A stretch of DNA of 64,000 nucleotides from contig CM082582.2 of the NCBI GenBank assembly GCA_040954595.2, forward strand, positions 7,628,063 to 7,692,062. Reading direction: 5' to 3'. Within the stretch, counting starts at the first letter, position 1, and each line of letters opens with the position of its first letter. The notes below the pieces were generated by a model that saw nothing but the letters and a program-made list of their open reading frames with translations, was not told the origin of the DNA and searched no databases. A program made the position numbers and the translations under genes. The stretch is from Balanoglossus misakiensis (Eukaryota > Animalia > Hemichordata). Shown piece by piece: positions 34,575 to 50,000 of this stretch.

Positions 34575-37500
34575 CACTTGCGTCACGACCACAATATCAC
34601 CATGGCAAATTTGCAAGGTTGCTCATCTGTCCACTCGATCTTGTTATTAATTATTTCATAATTAACACCCGCGTGACATATTGCTATTGTCACATTAAGT
34701 TGTTTCATTATAATCCAGGCATTTGCTTTTCATCGGGCGATTAAACTATTGTTGGTTAACCCAGCATTGTGTGTGGGTTTTTTTTTATCTGTTTTGGTAT
34801 TTCATCTTATCCATCTGTTGCCTGCAATGTGTGTTCACCAATTGTAAATTAAGTGTGCTCACTTTCCCCACTGGAAGTGGGACTCTAAAAAAAGCACCAA
34901 CGGCATTCTTCTCCCATTTGATCAGAGTTCTTACTGCAATGTAACATGTCATATTCCAAAGATCATATATTCCTAATACAGCCTTATTTGCAACGAATAC
35001 AGACCCCATACCACCTATGTCTGGAAGGCTGCAGCATATCTGAGTCACATCGAGAAACTGACCACAGAATTCACAAGTAACAGTCACAATGCCCCAGAAC
35101 CGTCTCGATTACTCATATGATGGCCATACAAACCATTATAGTTCTCCTTTATTAATCTTAATGCGCTGGACGACTTCCGATAATTTACATGTAAATGCGT
35201 CTGTCAATGATTCACTGCATCCACCCTGAATATTGAGAGCAACGTTTCACCGACAACATTTATGTGCGTTTTAAATTGGATTCACTTGTAAATTTAAGGC
35301 AGATTACGGGCTACTTTGTACAACTACTTGACTGAGCCATTGAAATGGATTCCACACAAACTTTTCCTGCACTTCAATGGACGAGGAAAATACACTTACT
35401 ATATTAACAAAAGCCTATTTTCTGAAACCTATGCCTTTTCATCACATATACAATATGTTCAGTAAAACTCTACAAAATACTTTTTCCCTCTGCTTCATTA
35501 AACTTTAATGCCTGAAAAATTCTGATGTGAGCAAATAGTCAAAAAAGTGACGCAACTTTCCTGTGAAAGCGTTGATCACAGGTGGTCCACCAGGAAACAA
35601 AGATGAATTATTCAGTAAAATCCCAGACACACGGAAAGTAATTAAGCTGAGCTCATTTCATAAACCTGACCTGTCATACTGTCTTGTCCCAGTGCTAAAC
35701 TGGGACCCCCTCTTCCTCCAGGTTTGGATGCATGGAGAATTAACCTACAGCGAGGAGGAAGTTGTAAACCAGAAGTGGTTCATTATAATCTAAATAAATT
35801 ATGAAAAACATGAAACATGGACACCTGCTCACTCTAAAAGAAAGAAATGATCTAGTTTTAGACCATGATACTAATCCAGAGGCAGACAGCATTAAGTTGG
35901 GAGATAGTACTTCTGTGATTATTCCCCAGGACGTGTAAAATATTTGAACCTTCACAACCCCCAATCATGCCTTAACTTAATTTGTTAACAGCTCTGGGAA
36001 TTTCGGACATACTAATGTAATGGACGATCTCAATTCTGGAAATTTAAACTATCATGCATTGTTTTCTTGGAATGATCACATTTTTGAGGGGAAATGCTGA
36101 AATGGGTAGCACACAAATCCTGTGAGCAAGCTTATTTTAGAATTCAGCTGCCCTGTTCCGACCATAAATTGGACGTGCTTTGGTAACTTTTAATACAGTA
36201 TCATTTCCCCCCTTTTCCCGCAAACAGGTGACTCTTTTACACGCGTGGTTAGAGGCCAATTGGCTGAGTTTACTGCATCAGGGATCATATGACAGTCACA
36301 TGCCCACAGGTTAATAGATAGCTTGCCTTTTCATTTTGGCGAGTCACCACAGATAGCTTTTAACTGAAGATCAGCAAAACCGTGCAAAGAAGCTTAAAGT
36401 TGGAATTTCAAAATTATTCACCCAATTCTGCCGGAGTCAAAAAGCAATCAAAGTAGAATCACAGCGGAAAGGATAAATTATTCACATTTCCGCGGCTGCA
36501 AATTTAGATTCATTTATTATTTATTGTCTGTATTATGGCGCTGTTAGAGTGACAGAGGGGAATAAAAAGTTTCTTAAAGTCAATATGCGTATCTATACTT
36601 CTGATGTACGACAAGTATACTAATACAAACTGACAAGCTAGAAGAGCTGCAGCTTCTTATCAACCTAAGAAGTTCTGACTTCAAATGAAACAAACCGAAA
36701 ACTTCCTAGGCTGTTTAACACCGTTCCATGATGGATTAGGAAAACTTTAATTAAAAAATGATGTATTAGAAAAAGCGGCTACTTCTTTTTATGTCCGTCA
36801 TTCTATCGCAAACCTCTAAAAAGTGGCAGACTAATTAACTCCAAACAATTCACATTGTGACCTGCCCAGCGGTTATTGGGCGCGAAGTGTGATCCTTCAG
36901 ACTTCCGCGTGACCTCGTCTGACCTTACATTTCACTGAGTGGATTTAGCCCTTTTTTTTTTATTAAAAAGGAGCGTGCAGACCCACAAACACACCGCAAT
37001 GACGGGCGAGCAAATCTAAGTCATATCATGAATTCAGATTGGAGGATTTGATCGGAGTATGAGTGTCCGTTTGTCTGCAAAGTCAGTACAAATCAACTGT
37101 TTTTACAGTTCAATTATCTAGTGGCGTGCATCGGCATTAAAAGCGATACCACGGTTTTGCGATCCACTGGACTCATTGTGAATTCTATGCACACAGTCCA
37201 TCTCTTTGTGACGTGGTTGAAGGATTTACACACTGTATTACTGTATCTCGTAATCTTGTCAAATGGCAGACTGGAAGACTCTCAGAGAATTTGATGCCTA
37301 TGAAAATAATAGCGTACCAAAATGGCTCTTTCCATATAGCCTAAGGTTCCCTTGGAGTGTTCGATCTCTAAGGTGGCAAAGGGCAATAGCTATCATATTT
37401 AAGATTTCCAAGGTTTTCCTGTTTTTCATTGTAGGTAAAAAAAGGTAAAATGTAACATTTAATTCAACAGATGTGCAGTGTCAGAGTATCTTCAGAGACT

Positions 37501-40500
37501 CACAAGATCAAACAAGTCGCTGTCAATAACGTCACGGTCACGATGTATCAAAAAGTCAAGGAGAAATCATGTCCACTGATAGTATAGAAAAGGCTAAATC
37601 TCAGATAACCTTTTTTTTTCAAGTGTGACAGAAAACCTCTTGCCAATTGGCAAGGCTGTGTAAGGGTTCTGCATACTGTCCATCAATCACCCAGTGACAA
37701 CGAAAATGAAACGAATCAAGAATATCTGATGGATGCATTCGTTAAGTGACGGCGAATTCATTAATTATTTGAAAGCACTTTCAATATCCCTTCCTGCATC
37801 CTGATGGCTGAAAATATCATTTACCTAGAGTTAAAAGCATTTTATTGCACTGTAAAATACGCTTCATCTAGATCGTTATATTTTTGTTCCAACGTTTTGT
37901 TTTGGAGTTATCCAAGTCAAAACGTTTTGGCCAACCAGTGCATTTTCCTTTCAACGGCTGGAAATAATACATCACATTCTGGTCCACATGCGCCATTCAG
38001 ATCAACTGGGTGTTTTCTTAGACACAAATTACTCAAAAAAATTTCCTGACCTGACCTTTAGAGAGACCACACAATCAGAACTACCAAACAAATGTGAAGA
38101 ATCAAACATTGGGGTCATGACCTTTTGGTGGAAGAAAGTGATACCACGTTTGTTTATGTAGTATTTCTGACTCTCATTCCATCACTCCCAAAACAACTGC
38201 TGGGGAAATCACCCCAAAGAATTAGCCACTGGCCAAGTACATGTACTCTCACAAAAGAACAAAACTCACACTTGGAATGCATTTCGCTAGTTAAGTGATC
38301 ATGCTCCATCTACTCAATGAGGTTCATTAGTGTAGTAATAATATCATTAGTTCTGGTTGACCAGACAAACAGTCCCATTTGGAATTAGCTGATGTACCAG
38401 TATATATTTCAAGACAAACAGTTTTCTTTCTGTATATAAAAACAGTCACAAGGTTCAAAACCACACAAGAATAAAACAACCATTACTTTGAATAAAACAA
38501 TTAATTGCAACCAATCTGGCCACTGTACTCCAATCATCCTGTCCAGATCAGATGGTACATGGACTTTCTGAACCCATATGGGCACCTGTCTGCAAACACT
38601 GTACTTTATACCTGCCATACTATTGCTCCACTTTGTGTACATAAATCCTGTTGCTTGAAAACAACTGGAACCATGATCAATTTACTGATATATCTGCAAA
38701 ACTTTGCTGTACATGTGGTATATGAATTTGGTTCTGTCTGTGAAACAACATCAAAGTACTAGTAATCAGTACACTAACTTACATGGGGAAAAATCAACCT
38801 TCCCCCAGGGATCAAGAAGAGCTACATCAACATCAAGGACATGTCAGCTATGTATAGCATGCAACCTTTACATAAACAATAGACCATATGTACCCCTACA
38901 AGAGTCAACTACATCTGTCGCTATATTGCTCAGACACTCCAAGGTAGCCTTGTACGCAAGGGCAACTTAATTGATACAGCTTATCAAAACACAAGTGGTA
39001 TGCCACTATAACTAATGATACTACATTGTACCAGTACCTCAAAATAGCATATGTCTTGTGGAAATTTCAACCTTGAAGTAGTTCAGAGTCAACTTCAATG
39101 ATAGCAATCAATTCATCACTTGTTTGAAATAAATGGTTTTATGCCCTAACAATTGTCAGCTTAACAAATGTGTATATATACTCTGACAATATACATTAAA
39201 TGATAGCTATTTATATACTGACAGTACTCTACAAAAGATTCACAGTACCTGCACGATCATACTATATGTCCAAGGGCGTGAACTGTAGGACAATGGCCAA
39301 CAGCAGCCTGATTTAATCTTCACAAAACATCTTTCTCGAACAAGAAATAGCACATTTTTAACACATTAAATCAAAACTGATACAGAACGTCTTCAATTGG
39401 TTCCCCCCAAAACACTGATTAACCCGTCAAACCATCTCTTCGCATTTGAAAGGCCTCAAAGGCACCTACTCGTATCAGATGGACAAAACTCACTGAATTG
39501 TTTCGACAGACAGACAGCGATCTCTCTTCTCTATCTCAACCGCATCTGACAGACTCTCTACATTTCCGCAGGGAGGGATCCAAATCCAACCTCACAGCCA
39601 ATAACATTAACGGGTTCAATAATGGTAAACTATAGTTATCTCTCCGGAGCTTTCAGACGCTGTACAAAGATGTATTCATCAACCACTTTGGTAATTAACA
39701 GGTACAATTGATCATGAAACGGCAATTTCACAGACACAATCAACACTGATAAATACTTCCCCCGAGGACTGAAAGGGAATATTGAAAGTACTTCGGGGGG
39801 TAATCTTCTTGTGTCTCTCGAATAACAGTGGCGGGTTCACCGAGGTCAGAATGTCCTTAGCTTCAGGTGAAATCAATGCCACAGAGTGATTACTTGTATT
39901 AAGTTAATAAATAGCAATTTGTTTCTGTGCCAATTCTAAGCTTCTACAGTGATTCCACGGCAGCTCTGTAAGGATAAACACAAAACTTTCCGTTGAGAAT
40001 GAAAGTATAGTTTAATCACATCAGGTTTGGTTTAGGCATAAGATGATAAGCTCATGTGGGTGGAATTGTAGTTAAGTGCCTAGGAACAAAAATGTGAAAT
40101 TCTGACATTTTCAATGGTGTGTTTTTTAAATCCCATATTACATTAAAACTTTAAAATATGGGATAAAGAAATGCCATTTTAACTTTGAGTACACCAGTAT
40201 GAATGTCTTATCTCAAGGCAGTATCAACTAAACAGCTCCAAATATTAACTCTAAATATTTGCATTTAAAATAGACGGTTTGGACAAGAGTGATCAAATCC
40301 AACAGATTTGTTAGCATATGCAGTATCTTTTTTATCTTAGTGTGCCCATTTTCCTCAATTTTGTTGAATGTTTGAAAAAACGATTGCATTCACTGTAAAG
40401 AACAACTGGTGAATACAGCACAAGAACATAAAGCTTTTGATGTTCCTATACAATGGAGCTCTCCATCAGAACATCATTGCAGTATATTCATTCCAAGATC

Positions 40501-42066
40501 AAAAGGTTTCTTTTTTATCTTGTGCAGCAATAGGTTTTGTAAAATTTCAAAACACACAAAAATGAGCAGATTTTCAATGAAGGAGCCGTCAGGGAACTGA
40601 ATTGGCCTGGCACTTTATCATTTGCCAATTTACTCATTATTTGTGTTACTCAACAGAGAGAGTGTAAACAGGCCACTTAGTCGACTGATTACAATCACTG
40701 CTTTTATACTGACTGTTTCAAATATTCAATAAAGCTCTACTGGGGCTGAATACAGATTGTGAATGTCGGAATGAAAGCGCAGGAAATCCTCGCATGTGAC
40801 TTCTTGACACTGTCGTATTCCGCAAGTACGCGATGATCCAACTCAAACAACTGAAAGCTAATCTCTGAAAGGCCGGCTTACATCTTTAGAGTTCTCTCCC
40901 CCCCCCCCCCCCCCTTGAAAGGCAGAAACATGGAAGATGAAAGTAATTCCTCAAATTTTATCACAGTATATGGAAAGAAATTTGCACAAAAGATGTTGCA
41001 GATATATTTCAGTGCAGTATCAAAAATGACTTTTTCAGAGGATATTAATGTACTAGGAAATGTGAAAAGTGACTGCTTGTTTTGATAGTTAACAGTTGAA
41101 TACAGACTTAGGCTTCACTTTGTAGTGATAATATTGAAAAGAGCTTTCATGTTTTTTTCATTAAACGTAAAGTTGCATATTTTTTCCATTATAATAAACT
41201 CCTAAGGGAATTGCTGTTGAAGGCATTGATTCTTGCCAAAGTGAACGTGAATTCATGAGTCATTCAGCCAATTCAGGAAACAGTGAAAACAGCTGGCAGA
41301 TCCTTATTCAGATCTGTCACTAAACAGCTTTCCTACGCATCTCCTTTCAAGCTTAAAACGCACCGATTCTACCAGAAGACAGAGACGTACCTCATGTACA
41401 CGAGCGATTGCCTTGATCTTAAAGTAATTCACTCGGAAGTACAATTTGTCCACGTAAGGTCACATTGATGTAATCACAGCTTCGGTACCAGCTAGTATAT
41501 GAATCCTTGCAGGCCTTGCGCTGCTGAATTATACTTTTAAATGGCAACAAAATATGTACAGTGTCAAATTTAATGGTTCACGGGGCAAGAATGTCAGCTA
41601 TTCTTGGCTCGGGAGCCTGTGTGACCGGTCACCCCAAAGTCAGTCAGGCAGGGATCAGTTCGTTCGAAAGGCCGTCGTACACCACGTGTCAAACTTTCAA
41701 AATACGTCCTGCCCGTTTGATCGCAGAGAAAGATGAACTGTGGGTGATTAATTTCCAAGCGATATCATTGACGAGGAATTCACTTCTGAGCATTTTCTTT
41801 CACTGAAAACCGATCCTTGTATTTTCCAGTTAATACTAGCTCTGTCTCCACGCGACAAAAAGTTCACAAAATGATGAGAAATTGAGTGAAACCGCAGAAA
41901 CCTTGCCACATTCACCAAATTCAGGGAAAGCTTTAATTACAAGCAAGCTGGAATTACTGTCTATATACACTAGCTGGTCACAGGGCTCAGGTAATGGTCT
42001 CTCGTGGCAATTTTAGGCATGTACATAAGCTTTAAGTGGCATATCTCTCATACACATTCACTGCTG

Positions 42067-42142
42067 CCCCATGGTCTTGCCCCACTATTTCCACACACAC
42101 TGGTTGGACCCATATAAGGGGAAATGGGGGTGAGAGGGTCAA
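42067..42142. mobile_element. Third, more degenerate copy of the TTAA/CCC MITE
   Basis: ccccatggtc...ggttggacc...gggaaatgggggtgagagggtcaa. Confidence 0.5.
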
Positions 42143-44880
42143 ATATGCCACCTCAATATGCATGTACATGGTAGCTACATGGTGGCAATGAAAACAACTG
42201 GATCAATGACAAAACAGCACTATACAGTGGTCATCAAAACTAGGAATTCAGCTGGAAGTAGAACTGTATGTCTTGGAGAGTGATCAAATTCATTTTGCAA
42301 CCGAAAAAATGACGTACACAATGACAGCATGACATAATTTTTATCACCACAGCCACATAGCTGTGGGTTTTGATTTCTCAGTTTATGCTTTCATCGTCTC
42401 GCTCCTTTGAATGTGACCTGATGGTTTGAGTCAACAGTCGAGGTCACAAGCTGCTTTTTTCTTTTAAAAATGGCCTTTACTTGACCCTGTAGTGCACACA
42501 GCACCGAATTAAGTGGTCCCTTGATAGTTGTATTGTGTGGAATTCTTCCACAGCAAACAAAGTGGGGAATATTGGTTGGTCTACCAGCATAATCACCAGA
42601 GCAGGTATTTAATGTCCACTATGCAAACAAACAGAAGCCTATTTAATTAATTATATAAACGTTTATGTTTTTCTTTCACAGTTAATACAGCAATTAAGCT
42701 AATCAGCAGGCAATGTGGGTTTTCATGTGATAATTTAACAGAGCTGGAGCTAGTGGTTTTACCCATTTATAATTGTCATCTTTGCAAATTTAACCACAGA
42801 CTTTTATTCGGGTGGGCCACACAAAAAAGTGCGCCACCACATGACCATTTGAAGACTAATAGACACACCCCTTAACCCGAAAGGACACACATATTCCTTT
42901 AATTGTTGGTTCCTGCATGCGCTGTAAATCTATTAACCAACCTGAACTCTTGCAGAGAGGCGCGACCCCAACCTTGATACATACAGGCTTGATAAATTGA
43001 TCTGCCACTCTTTGATTAAACTTGGCAGATTTAGACAGTTCTCATCACATTCTTATAAATAGCACAATGATATTCATTAAAGGCTGCTATTTTGATGGCG
43101 ATGGAGGTATGTGCCTACGACAATGACCCACTTCGTTCTAGTATCAAATTTGCAATGTGAAATTAAGAATAACACGTCCTCATCATTGGTGTGCTGTCCG
43201 CAGGAGAATTTAGCTCTGGCCGTTTCAAATTTTAATATGCAAAGATATACGTCCAAGTGAAGGAATGAATAGAAAGATAGAAATTCAGACAATGTTCTCT
43301 GCCAACTGGGGAATTAATGGCGGGAAGTGTCCCATTACTGCTGGAGCCATATGGTCAATGTTTGTGAGTGCAATGATATGTACAGAAGATTCCCCCAGCG
43401 GGTAAGATGATGGCAAAATCGAAATCAATCCCCACTACAGTTTGTCGATGGTCGTTGTGGGTGTTTTTTTTTTGCCCTCCTTGTATGATATGCAACATGT
43501 GCACGGCATACAGATTTGTTCGCTTAGGTCTGAAAAGCAGTTACTAGTATATGTGTTTTCACAGACTAGATCCCTTTAAACCAGGCTCGGAACAAAACTT
43601 CCAAATGATGTCATAGGTCACTGCAGGGGGGGTCAGGGTGCAAATGCAGTGTCTACAACTCCCGAAGATTTCTTCATTATCCTGTTTCACTATAAATACT
43701 GCTCTATGAAATTCTATAGCACATTCATTATTTTGTCCTCCGAGCCTTCTAAGAACTACATTATGCATTTCATTTTAATGGCTTCATATCAGGTCTACAG
43801 TAACACTGCACAGGAAAAATTCCCACCTTGCTCACGGCTGCTGCCAATATCAAAATTTACACAGCATAAAGATTTGATGTATAAATTCATGTTGTATAAA
43901 CTGCAAAGCTTGAAAAATGCATTTATGGATGGTTTAAGAATATAACAGTGAGTGCGCCCAGAGAGGTTTAATATCCTGCAGGAAAACATTCTATGATTAA
44001 TAAGACATGTTCTGCTCAAGGAAAAGAATGTATTATCCCAGTGTGTTATGCACCAGTCTATGTACGGTAATAGGATCACAAATTTTAAGTTTAGGGTTAT
44101 TAAAAGTCTTCATGCACTTACTGCACCATTCATAAGAAAAAACACTTCATTTGGGGAAACAAGATCCCCCCCCCCCCAAAGTATTTTCTGAACACTTCCT
44201 TAACACTACCAGAAAAAGCTTGGCTTGAACAGACTGTCTTTCTGCAATTTGAGTGGATTTGCAGAATTCTTCATATGCGGTTGACTTTGTTATTCTGGTA
44301 GTTGCATATACCATAGTTGATTTATTGAGGAATGCTTCCCAGAGATTTTGAAAATAAAGCGTTCCAAAAAAAGTGACTTGTTTTGGGCTACAGCTGAGTC
44401 AACTAGGTCTCACGCAAGATCTGTACAAAAAATTGTGCCAATTTTCAGTTATAAGTATATCACACACGTCAGCTCAAAAGACGTCAGAACTGTAGATTTA
44501 TGTCACTTTTTTGAAACGCAAAAGGCTCGCACATCCGGCTGACCCCTTTTTTTTCTGAAAAGCGATGAACCTTGTACAGCATCCTGTCATCCTCTGGGGA
44601 CCTCAACAAACTTACACTTCCTTCTCTGGAGAGAGTGTATCAAGGTATCGGATGCAAATGCAGGGTCACTCTCCTTTCAAGTTGGATGCCTCCCGTATAT
44701 GGCTAATAAGTAATAAAGACAGGTTGATCCATACAAAAATTTTATCCTTATTGAATTGCCTTTTGAACTACATACCCAGCTATTTTTATGCAAAATTTCA
44801 AGAAAAAGGAGTTATAACAAGAAAATTTCCCTTCAAAACAAAATTACTGAAATACCCGCACTAATTATGATTATCAATTA

Positions 44881-44961
44881 CCACCATAGTTTGGTCCAGA
44901 TCCATTGTTTTCTACAGCAAAGTTGGACCTCTTTAAAGGGAAATGGGGGTGAAAGGGTTAA
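44881..44961. mobile_element. Second copy (left TIR lost) of the TTAA/CCC MITE
   Basis: ccaccatagtttggtcc...ccattgttttctac...gttggacctct...gggggtgaaagggttaa aligns with the 17773-17865 copy. Confidence 0.7.
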
Positions 44962-46865
44962 AGAATATACCTGCTTCAGATTTCAGTGGCTGACCATGGT
45001 CACGATAGCAGTCCTTGCTTGTCCACACAAATAACTCCACCAGTCTTGTCCAATTTGGACGGCCTAAACTCAGCCTAACTCGAAAGACTGAAGGATCGAT
45101 TGCAGAATTCAATTTCCTGGATAATTTACCCTAATAAAGCTTTCATCCTTTCCTAAGCCGGTGGACCACTCTGTACGTTTCCTTGCACCTTGCGAGGATT
45201 TTTTCTCGTTTTTGTCCCGGTGATTTACATAGAACCCTCCAGGCTGTTTCCAAAAATAACTGCAGACTAATAAATCAGAGGTAAACTCGGCTCGTACCCG
45301 ATCTGGCGGTTAATTTTCACGCTGATTTTTTTTTGTATGTGACAGAATTAACTGGGGTTACTTTAGTCTGAACTATTGTTGGTTTAAGAAGCAGAGCTTC
45401 TCTCAAAGGGGAATAAAGTATGGATGGGAATTAAAGTGCATTCAGGATATTGAGATTTGTGACATCATCATTTTAACTGATAGCCAAGGCTCTCACACCA
45501 CCAGTCACTTTCGATGCTGTCTCCTGGTAACAGATGGAGAATCTAACAGATATTAAGTTTCCCAATTGAGAGATTTTTCCCTCTTCCACTTAACTTTCTG
45601 TTCATAATTTGAATTTCTTGCTTCGTCTTAGCCACGTGCACCTTTATTTGCTCATAGGCAGTCTTTATGTGGCAATTACTTTGCACCTAGGTGGTCAGTC
45701 TGCATTGAGCGATTAATTTGCTAATGCCCTATCAATCAGTTCAGGAACAGCTAGTCCATATATAAGTCATATACTCAAGAAAACATTGTCTACAAATGTA
45801 ATTGCTTCCTTGTAATAGATTTCGGGTTTTGTACACATTGTAGGCCTACAAGTCTAGAAAAAGGTGCCAATTGGTTGTGATATAGTTATGAGAAGATTGT
45901 TAGAGTCTGCAGAGAATCACAAGTGGGCGTATATTTGATGGGGTGCTTTAATCTAGTATCTTTCCTCTTTATCAGCCAACGTGTGCGTGTTCCTATTCTG
46001 CTAGTCACCACATTTTTATTGCAAATTTAAAAAGGCAACAGCCGCAACAACCGCAGATCGTACACACAACATCGTCGACGTCAATAATGACTTACAAAGT
46101 ACTACGAACCTGATTGTTATCTCGCTGACGTTTAATTGAAATGAACCTCGTAATATTTACGCACAGGTTCGTCGAGGCCTGCTGTCGATTTCAACCAAGG
46201 TGACGGGTCAGCTCATTGTCTGGGCTATTTTGAAATCTGTATAACCCCCGTCACAAAAGTGAAGATGTCGTAAATCTCTACCGATTAAGGAGACCCATCA
46301 GTTCTTTGCTTTTATATACAGATACATAAAACAGACTTTGCAGTAAGACACGGATTCAATCGAATATAAGCCATTCTTTTTAACAAACAATGCTTTATAG
46401 CTTCAACCAAAAGTTAATCTGGAACTGGCTCGACTTGATAGCTTTTACTGCCTGATTTACGGAGTCATAAAATTGTTTCTACAGATTCCTTAAACCATAC
46501 AACTGAACAGCTATATAGATATGAAGATATCAATTTTATGAAATATTTTTTTAAATTGTTACAGTCATCTATTTAACAATTGGAAGCCCTTGAAGTGCCT
46601 AAGTTTATTACTGAATGTCTTTTCTTTATACCACCTCAAATGAAACGTAAAATATTCAAATTCTGAAGAGCAGAAATGTGAACAGTTGAAATGTGATTTT
46701 AATATTCAGTCTGCATGTTCATATCTTTTTATTGTAACTGTCTGGTTTCTTAAGGCTCGATCTGATTTTTTTTTTTTTGGACTCATCGCAAAAATTAATG
46801 GCCTTAAGCAAAGTTTGAGCCACTTGCTCGACTTAATTGGTAGTTACGATGAGGTCAGGGGTCAA

Positions 46866-47018
46866 CAACTGGTCGAACCACACCCAGAACCGATCACACT
46901 CGCTGCCCAACCACTTGTGGTGAAGTCTTACGCACGATCACAACAACTGCGGTTCAAGGACCGGACACAGATGGACCACACTCACAACTGTGGTTGGAAC
47001 ATTAAGACAACTGCGGTT
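46866..47018. promoter_or_regulatory. Homotypic cluster of RUNX-like (TGYGGT) and MYB-like (CAACTG) sites; candidate enhancer
   Basis: TGYGGT on either strand in motifs starting at 46876, 46916, 46948, 46974, 46989 and 47012; CAACTG at 46866, 46944, 46985 and 47008. Confidence 0.4.
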
Positions 47019-50000
47019 GAACTGAGCAGCTGTTTAATGACACAGATCTTGAGTGTCGATCACCCTCCACTACCAGTACCGATAGTATGCACTTGCACAA
47101 TACACAAAATGAGCACATAACCCACTAAATATTTTAAGAACTTAAAAAAAACCTTAAGATTATTAAAAATCACAAATCACTTTTATTCAACACGTGGGAA
47201 AGAGTGCAACGTACTTTAAATCACATGACAGCTAATAACTTGTCACCAGTAATGAATAATGAACGGAGCAAACTCAGACTTGTCTCCGTACGGGGTTCCG
47301 TCAATTTTTCAGGCAGGCGCAACTGTACAAGTAATCCGATTAGAATGGAAATGCAACTGAAATTTACTTTTCTGATACGAGTGCTATTTCTGTACAAAAT
47401 AATTAGATTAAAGTCTGGTTTTGGATTGATGAGGTGTGTATATTTTTATTGGCTCTTGATGAAATGATGTCAGAAGCCATGCTGCAATGTGGTGCAATTT
47501 GCCATATGTCAGAAAGTTCTCTGTTACTCAACAGATCCTCATAGACTCAACTTATTCTTCCAAAATCTACCATAGTCCTGGAGCAAGATTTAGGGGCTAC
47601 AAAAATGCTGGTTATCTTTTACATAGCCCAGATAGAGAACATTTGATCATTTATAGACACCCAAGTAATTAAGTAATATTGCCTTTATTGCCAAGTGGAG
47701 ACTGATAAAGCAAATCACACAAGATATACCCCTATAGAGTTGACATACGCAACAAATATACAGCAGGGTCTGCAATGAGTCTTATGGGGAAATGGAATGA
47801 CTCTGTTCCGTACCAATGAACTAAATAGATAAAAATGGAAGCTAAAAATTAATGAAATAATGATTAACTGTCCAGAAACTGCAGTCTTCCATAAATTGTT
47901 GAGTTAATTACAATAACATCACAAAGTGCATTGGCTGAAATGTTGATGGAACAAACCTTAGGCAGTGCTTCTTTCAGTACGAGTTGGTAACAGCAATGTT
48001 CGCGGTGTCACTTCTCGGAAAGCCAACAGATAATGCCAGGCAACATGTATGGGGGACCCTTAAAAGCAAATTCTTGCATGTCAGGTTCAAGTTGATGTCT
48101 TCATAAAATAAATGATTAAAAGGAAATAAAACATGCTGTAAATTTTTAAAAATTCAATGGCTTTACTTTGTGGCCCCCAAACTAGCTGTTAACTCATTAA
48201 GACGTTATGAGATATTTAGTGCCTAGTAAATTTCTATGAGCATCTCAATTTAAGTTTGAAAGATGCATACATTTATTACACGGTCAACACGGGAAATGAC
48301 TAATTTTCTAATGTTATATTAGAAGATAGAATAATCTACGTCAGCCAAAATATGTTAATTGTTCTTTTACTAGAGTTTTATGCTCCTGTAAATCCTGGAA
48401 TTTGCAATTACTCTGGGAATACCACAGACCTTGAAAAAATGATATTGACTTCAATAGGTATTAGCCCTATAAAATTGATTTAGGAACTTGCTGTCAAAGA
48501 TGTTAATGACTATGATAAACGTTAGAGAAAAATACTACACAATTATCTATGGCAAGGTCATTTTTAAAACATCATTTTCATTTAGATTTGAAATTATGTT
48601 TTCCCCATTTTTGTCATGTTAAAAAAATTGTTCTTTCTTGCTATGGTATGGAGCGGGGATATGACCATGTTATTCTCCAGGTTAGTCAATGCTTGCCCCA
48701 ATTTAATCAAATTCTTTAGTGACTCCACCTTATTTTTGATCATCTGAAATCAAGGCATTCATCCTGATGGCTTAGTTTGATCCAACACTAAACCTACAGA
48801 AGACAGCTTCAGTTCCTTCAGGCTACAGACATCAGGTTCTTTTTCTGTCTGTCGACAGTCTTCCATCGTACATGTAATCCCATGAATCAACACCGTGATC
48901 CAGCAATGGGTGAGACTGCTGGAACTGACACGTCGGGAACTCATATGGGAACACTATGGAACCTTGTCAATTGATAGAAAAAAAATGACCTTTGAAATTT
49001 TTCATCTTCGTCAAATGCAAAATTTGCGAAACATTTAGACTGGATGCAATGTTGGAACACACAAAATTATACGCACATGCGCAGAAGAAGACCATTGGCC
49101 TTTAATGTTGCTGGTGACATGTCATGATCTCAGGGAGGCTAGAAGTTAACATAGAAAGCGTCCTTAATTTCACACTTGGATTGAGTTCTATTACTCGTGA
49201 TACTCAGAGATGATTTTATGGCATACGTTTCTGCACAGAGGAGTTCAGCCTTGGAGATCTACGGCTGCGTGCATGCAACCATTTCAAAGCCCATGAAAAA
49301 TTCATCGAAAAAAAATAAAAATTAATAAAACGAATCTTCCAAACGAATGAACGAGTTCCACTCGACCATGCTATAGCACTCCAGAAACTGATGAAAAATT
49401 TATGAAAATATAAAAAAAAAATATGAGTATGTAATCTTCTGAACAAATAGATTGGTTTTCATCCATGAAAGAAGCAAAACTCGCTAATCAGAGTAGTGAT
49501 ATATGAAATGTTGACCACTATCATAGCCACTGAACTCTTCCGGCAAGGGACAAACACAAGAGATACTCAGACATTTATCTTTGTGATATAGTCGGTACCC
49601 CCAGGAACTCTCATATTTGATAGTCTGTGCCTGATATATATGTCCATGAATAAAAATTACACTACTTGACTTCCTCATATCAAGTTTATCTAAAATTGCC
49701 ATCTGCTTTTTATCAGCTGCGCTTTTGTGGTATTCATTTCAAACATTCACATGTGCACACCTGATGGTCACTTTTATATGCATTAGAAGTTGTTTGAAAT
49801 CAGTCGCATGTCATCCGAAGATTGTAACTTTTTCATTATTTTATTCCATAATCCTCTGCTTGGCAATTCAGTTTGAAAAACACAGAAAACTCCAAGCACA
49901 CACACACACTGAGAGCACACTCCCACAGGAAAATACTCATGACCACATGGCTCACACACATACACACAGAAAATAGTTAAGAATTCATGACTAATCAAAC

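Noticed and set aside
48759-48944. ORF with an internal GTAGGT donor as a possible alternative first coding exon
   Set aside because: Splicing to the 34465 or 34460 acceptors meets stop codons before the AC ATG; no homology evident.
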